DNA of 56,154 bases, the filler included, from Squatina squatina (lineage: Eukaryota): the NCBI GenBank assembly GCA_031763465.1. It is 3 parts of 3 records of this genome, joined end to end, with 100 filler letters (N's around TTAATTAATTAA, not from the genome) between each part and the next. Parts side by side here need not be neighbours in the genome. Positions count along the whole stretch, not along the records: positions 40,473 to 56,154 come from JARFOE010000001.1; 2 more parts are not named here. The stretch is one strand, 5' to 3'. The position numbers and the translations under genes were made by a program. The notes under the pieces were generated by a model. That model did no database searches. It had not been told where the DNA came from and saw only the letters and a program-made list of their open reading frames with translations. This document shows positions 48,409 to 56,154 of the stretch, one piece after another (position 1 is the stretch's first letter; each line of letters starts with the position of its first letter).

Positions 48409-48761
48409 TACATTTGCTATTCCAAAAAGTCAAACAGGTAATCTGCTTTTAGGCTTCTACATATTCATCCAGTAAACTGTTTGCTGGCAGTTGCTTGATA
48501 GTGATCTCGATCAACTTGTCCTCCAATCCTCCCATCAGCAAAGTGTCCTGCTTTACCTGAGATAGGGTCAACCCCTATCAAATGGTCTGGCTGGAATCAG
48601 CATCTCAACATATCCATAAATCATAGGAATAACTTTCACACTCCATTTGACAGTGCACCAATACATAAATAATCTAACAATTATATTTTAATTACATTTG
48701 GTGCTGATGTTCTTGCGAATATGACGATTGCACACTCAGATTGGCTCTGTTAGTGGAATGA

Positions 48762-48962
<201 letters not shown>

Positions 48963-48993
48963 TAGTAACTGGTTTAACATCCTTTCACTATAG

Positions 48994-49093
48994 GAAGCAG
49001 CCCATACCCTGGCATTCCTGTGGACAACAAGTTCTATAAGATGATCAAGGAAGGCTACAGGATGCTCAGTCCTGAACTTACATCTACTGAAGT
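48994..49093 (+). CDS. KIT: KIT kinase exon (exon 19 equivalent)
   Basis: [33 protein letters not shown]; 100 nt, TAG/GTAAGT. Confidence 0.94.
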
Positions 49094-49660
49094 GTAAGTA
49101 AAGTAATTGATTTTCTCTAACTGGGTACAGTATACGCTGCCTTTTTGTGGATATCCTTTTACTTTTTGTGTAAGGGCTCAGACAACAGCTTGGTATTTTG
49201 CCAGACTTGCAGCAGTAACCATTACCCAGTCTTGCAATTCATTCTGTCAGTAAGCCAAAGAAAGTACATCTGTGATACATAATTATTTATTGTTGGAGAC
49301 TTGCGGTTTTGTTTAGGGGATGGGAAGTCATAGTATTACACGTCACTTTAGTCAGGTGTTACAACCACAACCTCCAGCCAGCTGTCAGTTACAATAAAAG
49401 TAAAGTTTGCTTACAAGTTATGTGTGTGATTTTTCTGACCATCTAAATGAGGTGACAGTTGATTGCAAGTACGGCACATAATTCTCCTTTTCCTTGTGTT
49501 CCTTTGTGAGCATTATGAATGAAGGCAAGCTAAAGATAAAACATACAAAACAATGACTGACTTGTTGAACCATCTAAATCTATATAACGTGATTATATCC
49601 TTTTCACAGTAATGCTGTTTAATAAGTACCAAGTTAATAAGAGCAGTTAAATGTCAATTT

Positions 49661-50010
49661 TGTTCAGTGGTAGGTGTCTCTAATTTTAAAGGTTGTCACT
49701 TCAAACCCCACTCCCAAGATTTGAGCACGTAATCTGGGCTGGCACTTCATTGTAGTACTGAGGGCTGCTCTGTTGCTGGAGTCACTGTCTTTCAGATGAG
49801 CTGTTACACTGAGGCCCTGTCTGACTGTCTGTCTGTTCAGCTGTATTAAAAAGACAGCAGATAAGATTCTCCCAGTATCCTAGCTGACATTCATCCCTGA
49901 ACCAATGCCACCGAAAACAAATTAACTGCGCACAATTTGCTGCCACATTTACCTACTTAACAACAGTGACTATACCTCAAAATAATTAATTAGCAATTTA
50001 GAATGCTCTG
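49661..50010 (+). mobile_element. Old near-full-length Deu-domain SINE (SacSINE1-like)
   Basis: Degenerate A/B boxes, GTAGTACTGAGGG, CTTTCAGATGAG...GAGGCCCTGTCTG, TTGCTGCCACATTT...ACAACAGTGACTA. Confidence 0.7.
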
Positions 50011-51199
50011 TGGATCTGTAAGTACATAGAAAATTAAATATAATTGCAATTGAAATGAAAATTACAAATTAAATATATATGCGAGCTCTTTATATTTGCT
50101 TAAAACAACATTCCAAGGCTGGGTTTCCCATAGGCCCTGCCGATTGTACAGGCAGGGCCTAATTTAAAGGCCTTGGATTACCGCCTGCAGGCAGCTGAGT
50201 GGCTGCGGGTTATTAGGCCTCAGTTGCGAGGGGTCAGTCCTCGGGAGGAATCGTGGGAGGGTGNNNNNNNNNNNNNNNNNNNNNNNNNNNNNNNNNNNNN
50301 NNNNNNNNNNNNNNNNNNNNNNNNNNNNNNNNNNNNNNNNNNNNNNNNNNNNNNNNNNNNNNNGATAAACCTTTGTGTAATTTCTCCCTGTCCAATTAAG
50401 GTAATAGAGTGAAAACTCCATCCACCTGAAAAATATCCTTCCAACTCAGTGATTTATTTGAATTGATCAATTTTAAGTTTCATTAAATGTTGTATTTTGG
50501 CTAAAATAGTCTCTGTCTTGTTTTGATATTTTAAACTTCAATATTGTGAGTTTGTCATTTCTCTAAAATTACTGAGTTTATCGATCATCACATTAGGTAT
50601 TGGGCAGAGCCAGAGCACTATATAATCCCCTATATAAAATCCCTAAATCAAATGTTTTGCAAATACTATAATAGTCTTAATAAAAACAGGGAACAGAAGC
50701 TCAGAAGTAGATCAGGCTGAAGTTAGCGCTTGAACGGCTGATTACAGTAGTTCAACAGTTACAAAGAGGAAGCAAGAAGCTTGTCGAAATTGCAGAAAAA
50801 TGTATCCAAACTTCCATGAACCACAGCTGCTCGGGAAATGGGTATCCTTCTGTGGTTTGATGTTCTCTGCTTTAGGGAAGTGCACCACTGCACACTTTGT
50901 AACGCTCTCTTACATTGAGATCACCCATCTGCAATCTGCGCAAACATGAAGACCACAGCCACCCTAAGAATAACTATTATCTTATCTGGAGAGTTACAAG
51001 GCTTCCTTCTACCTTGCATTGCCATCCAGCTTGTTTGCGCAACAAAACTCCCTTGCATAATTGCGTAGAAAAATGAAAACAATCAGTTACAAAACAAGTC
51101 TGGTCGTCTTCAGCATTTTTGGATTAGCACAAATTTTAGTTTTTCTGTAAACAACCTAAAGCCAGGTGTGAAAATAATATGAAGCTTCCCCTTACACAT

Positions 51200-51424
51200 C
51201 AGGGGGGGTGAAATTGGCTAAAGCCTCTGCGGAGGCGTTAGGGCCAAAGTTAGCACCTTGATTCTGAGGCGCTATGACGTAGCAAAATTCGCCTTTTTTC
51301 CCGGGAGGCGAGATCGGGAGGAGCGAAGTCGGGACTTTAGGCACTATGTGCACAGGTGCCCTGCTGGCCTCGAAGGCGCTACGCTACCTTGACATTGCAT
51401 AGGCCTCACATTGATTGATGTAGA
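51200..51424. repeat. Left end of a probable Harbinger-derived element
   Basis: Begins GGGGGGTGAAATTGG, similar to the 11814 terminus; CpG-rich; cut by gap. Confidence 0.4.
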
Positions 51425-52396
51425 NNNNNNNNNNNNNNNNNNNNNNNNNNNNNNNNNNNNNNNNNNNNNNNNNNNNNNNNNNNNNNNNNNNNNNNNNNNN
51501 NNNNNNNNNNNNNNNNNNNNNNNNTAATTTTTAATGCAACTGAATCTTTTCAAACCATCAGTTGAGAGTTTTTGCTGTCAGTGGGATGCACAGTAATTTG
51601 TCAAGTTGTTGCTACTTTTCTCAGAAGAATGTCTGAATCCCCAACAGTGTAGCAAAGAAATAAAGCATTCAGCAATTTGGACTTCCCTAGCATATTGGGC
51701 TTTCTTGATTATACCCATGCACACAGAGCTAGACTTCTGGGCACTGTGTGTATCTATTATAACAGGAAGGATACCATTCTATTAAAGACTTAATTGTAAA
51801 TGCCAAAAATTTTCATGTCGTCTGTATTCTAGTTCCCCTCGTTNNNNNNNNNNAATGGACAAACAGGGACCTTATTTAGGGACTAGTGGATGGTTGTCAG
51901 GTAAGATGTTGCCCTATGGAACTGTTTCTACCTATTCTGTTAATACTGCTATGGTCTTTCTGGCAGTTGACATACATCGTGTACACTGTGGTTTGTTAGC
52001 CATAGCTCACAACTTCCCTGTCAAATTCCCACACCCGACCACAAAAGAGATATAATGGTGCACAACATACCACAAAGACAGTCAAAGAGCATACATTTGA
52101 CATTTTGGTATCTACATTTCACAAGGGAAAGATCACAAGAGAAGCTTAAGATAATCTGTAAATATTTAGTTGCCTGTCACACCCCAAATAACTGCTATGT
52201 GATGCTGCTAGTAGCCTTTTAGATGACAGCAAAATAAGAAGGGTTGTGTAGGCAAACCAGAAAGATAACTCGGATCTTACGGCTTACATCTGAGAANNNN
52301 NNNNNNNNNNNNNNNNNNNNNNNNNNNNNNNNNNNNNNNNNNNNNNNNNNNNNNNNNNNNNNNNNNNNNNNNNNNNNNNNNNNNNNNNNNNNNNNN

Positions 52397-52576
52397 GCTT
52401 CTCTTAACAGCCTGAGACACTTTTCATCCGGGGCTTATGATTTATCTACTTTGAAAGATGCTAAGCCCCTTAATATTTCCGCTTTCACTATGTTTATCTC
52501 ATCTAATATTTCACACTCCTCCTCCTCCCCCTTAACTGCAATGTCTGCATCGTCCCCCTCTTTTGTGAAGACAGAC
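52397..52576 (-). mobile_element. CR1 ORF2 fragment
   Basis: Minus strand SVFTKEGDDADIAVK...LKVDKS*ARMK, homologous to 16580-16750. Confidence 0.7.
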
Positions 52577-53162
52577 GTTCTTTTTCTAGTTTTTGCTCTG
52601 ACCACTTCTGTCACTTTTTGACGTTCTGGTTGTATCTGATATAGATCAATCTACGTTTAAAAAAAAACTAAGGCCACAGCTCCTAAGGAAATGGTGCAAA
52701 GAGTGGTATTATAAATTTAGTCCGTTGGTTTTACTTAGACATGATTAGTCACTGTTGGTAAGTTTTTAGCAATTTCCTGACAGCCCTGTGTGCAGATGTT
52801 TTTGCCAATTTAGGACCGCAGTTGATACATTGTATTCCCAATAGATATTCCTTCGCAATGTAATAGTTTTTGCAGTTTTCCCCCAACAGATTTATTTGTG
52901 TTCCAAGCTAGACACCAGTTTCCAAGCAGGCTAAGTCCCTTATGAATTAGTGTGTCCGAGGTTAGCAATTAACCTCAAAGTCCTGGTACATTCCTTACTC
53001 GAGAATACCAGGTTTTCAGTGGCTGAAGTGACGATGGACAGTATTTACCTCCACAAGGTATAATTGTATCAAGTGCTTGTATCCTTTCTCAAGTCAGTTT
53101 ACCTTAACGCCAGATTTCCTTCATGCCAGTCATAGAATGTAATGCTTCCATTATGTCAACAA

Positions 53163-53745
53163 GGGAATGGTAGCACAGTGGTTATGTTACTGGACTAGTA
53201 ATCCAGAGGCCTGGACTAATAATCTGGAGATGTGGCAGTTTGTGAATTTGAATTCAATTTAAAAATCTGGAATTAAGAAGCTAGTACCAGTGATGGTGAC
53301 CATGAAACTACCAGATTACCGTAAAAACCCAATTGGTTCACTAATATCCTTTAGGGAAGGAAACCCGCTGTCCTTACCCAGTCTGGCCTATATATGACTC
53401 CAGACCCACAACAATGTGGCCTAGCAAGCCACTCAGTTGTACAAACCGCTACAAAAAAGCATAATAAGAATAACACCAGACAGGCCACCCGACATCGAAC
53501 TAGGTATCGGATTCCGACACAACAAAGGCCACTCCAAGTCACACACCATCCTAACTTGGAAATATATCGCCATTCCTTCATTACTGGATCAACGTCCTGG
53601 AACTTCCTACCGAATAACACTGTGGGTGTACCTTCACCACACGGACTGCAGCGGTTCAAGAAGACAGCTCACCACCCCTGCATAGGGCTGGGCAATAAAT
53701 GCTGGCCTTGCCAGTGATGCCCACATCCTGTGAATGAATAATAAG
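53163..53745 (+). mobile_element. Composite non-autonomous retroelement: tRNA-derived head plus long LINE 3' end
   Basis: Head TAGCACAGTGG...CTAGTAATCCAGAGG; 53530-53738 is homologous to the LINE at 44328-44550 (SWNFLPNNTVGVPSPHGLQRFKKTAHH) and ends in short A-rich repeats. Confidence 0.8.
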
Positions 53746-56154
53746 AAGAATATAATGGTTTGGTTTTACATCTTTTGTTCCTGCTATTTGGTATCATTAT
53801 TTTGCAGGATCNNNNNNNNNNCCATCAAAAATACATTAAAAAAAAACTTTTCCCTTTGATTTTCCCTCCATACCATTTCTGCTACTAAACGCAGTGAGTT
53901 ATCCTGGCCAAGGTACCACAGATTGTAACAGTCCTCATATGTAAATAATCATCATCAACTGACTATCGTTGGAGCTCCTGTGGTTGTCTACAACTACAAC
54001 AACTTGCCTTGATGCATAGTCAGACGTCCCAAAGCACTTCACAGGACCACAATCAGAAAAAAATTAACACTGAACCAAAGAGGTAGGTTATCTATTATCA
54101 GTAATGGTGACCATGAAACTANNNNNNNNNNNNNNNNNNNNNNNNNNNNNNNNNNNNNNNNNNNNNNNNNNNNNNNNNNNNNNNNNNNNNNNNNNNNNNN
54201 NNNNNNNNNNNNNNNNNNNNNGGTAGGAGTCTTGGCTGAGTTATCTGAGATACAGAGGGAAAGTGTTTTGGTGATCCTGCACATCACTCAAGCCAACCAG
54301 GTGCTTCTGGGCTCGATCCCCGTACTCTCCTGGCTGAAGACAGCACCATGGATGTTGGGTATTAACTGCAGAAGGAAAAAAATTGGGGGAAAGCACAAAA
54401 CATAACACAAAACTAAACTTCACCAGTTATAAAGAACAATAACCTTTAACTTATGGTAATTTTCTGCAGACAACTCTATTTATAAATTAAAAAGAAATAT
54501 TTCACTTAGTTCATGAAACTGCGCAATTTCCTGGAAGGTTATAGCTAACAATTTCTTAATGTTACTTGCTTAATATTGCCACAAGGTTGATGACACATTT
54601 GAACAAGTGCACAAATTTAGCATGTGAAGCAAAGGTTGGTTTTATTCACCAAGCCTTCTGGCAACACTGACCTTTGTCCCCAATGAATTAGACACTTGCA
54701 TATGCTTAATGTTGGACTTCACGCTCTGTCTTTATATAAATAGTGCGAGAAGTAGTTTATCCACTGAGCCTGTTTTCCTGAAGAAAGGGGATCCTTGGAG
54801 CGGCTTCCATAAACAAGGCTGCCACATTCAGCAGGCAACAGAAATATTTATTCTGGAAGGGATCTTTAGGCAAATAAACTCAAGGTGATAATTTTTCACA
54901 TAAAAGGTGAACTCCAGTAGCTCAAAGTCACAGAAACAGAAGTGGGTTTTAAATAAACAAGACAATAGCCACAATTTTAGAAAAAAAATTTGCATTATTA
55001 TTGTCATTAATACCACCCTTGATCTTTAGCTACTATTTCTTTTATTCAGAGGATGTCTGGACTGAATGTTATCTCTGCACTCAATCTTTCCTTGTGGTAA
55101 CAGGAAAGGCAGGTTAATTTAAGAGAGTTATGATTTTCTTTTGCCATTATACAAAATACTCAGTTATACTCTGATAATAGTTTTTCCATGAATGTTTCAT
55201 TAAATGTATTAACTTTATAACAATACAGGAGGTGTATATCATAATGAAATCTCCACTGAATATTGTAATTCAAGTTAAAAAAAAACTAACATATTCTTTA
55301 CTCTGGGCAGTAACCCAGGCAAACTTGTCTGCCTAACATGTAAGGTTGAGAGGTTAATGTTTAGTCACATCAGAAATTAAAAGTTGAATATTGTAACACA
55401 GGAAAATCCCACCAAGCAACTCAAAAGTTTTATCATTGCATAACAACGGTGCACTATAGTGGTGGGTATTAACTAGCTTCTTTTTCATCTGAAAGGAAAT
55501 TGTTCACTCTCAGCAAAGGTTACCATGGTGATGGAACATTTGAAAATCTAACATCCCAAAGATCAAATGATTGCAGTTTCCTTTTGGGAAATTTTGATAG
55601 GAAGACTGGATTGACTGGAAGATCCTCAGGGGTTTTCAGGCCCAGACTTGGCACTGTGGAGGCAACACATGCCTGAAGCAAGAGGGCTGAGGATTGATAG
55701 AAATTGGTCCTCGGACACATCTGCATATTAGAGACAAGATGCCGACACAGTCAACTCGCTGTACGGGAGATATCAATAATGGGCCACATGCCTTGCTGGC
55801 AGCAATACACAGGTAAGTCCTGGGAGGGACTTGGAGTTGTCTACAGGGGTGGGGGTCAGAATTGGGGTGGCGGTGATCTCGACTCCAGTGATGTTAGCGG
55901 AGCATGCCTGCTCTTGCTGGCTCTACATGAACGTGTTTTTGAAAATAAATGTCAAAAACTTACCTTTGGTTGGTGGCCGTGGGGGCTGTTGAAAAATCCT
56001 TTGTGATGAGGTGCTCAATTTGTGAAAGGGGTCCTTTAACAGGCTTTAGGCCCCTACTTTAGCTACACAAAGAATCTAACCTCTGCTTTAGGTGTCCACC
56101 TAAATCATTAATATATATTGTGAATAGCTGGGGTCCTAAAACCGATCCCTGCGG

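Noticed and set aside
53163-53230. tRNA gene
   Set aside because: SINE head only; no complete cloverleaf and the B-box region is missing
55700-55820. Possible exon ending CAG|GTAAGT at 55812
   Set aside because: Good donor but no recognisable protein in any frame and adjacent to repeat-like sequence

Overview
Eukaryotic, intron-rich, heavily gapped draft sequence. The CR1, Penelope, Harbinger and Deu-SINE repeat set and the exon divergence point to a cartilaginous fish (inference). Two artificial N44-TTAATTAATTAA-N44 linkers split the window into three unrelated pieces. Piece 1 (1-27465) has SHB exons (-), FREM1 exons (+), Harbinger Myb/SANT and transposase relics, a Penelope element with a mutated hammerhead ribozyme, and a CR1 LINE interrupted by a TA-flanked pogo/Tigger-like DNA element. 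Piece 2 (27566-40372) has the last two coding exons of FNDC5 (+) and MACO1/TMEM57 exons (-). Piece 3 (40473-56154) has five KIT exons (+), a 33-bp minisatellite and many SINE/LINE relics. The ordinary 100-N gaps hide whole exon sets, so spacing is unreliable. I found no convincing new biological system; the best leads are transposon architecture and the FNDC5 C-terminus. Gene and repeat names come from recalled sequence similarity, not database searches.
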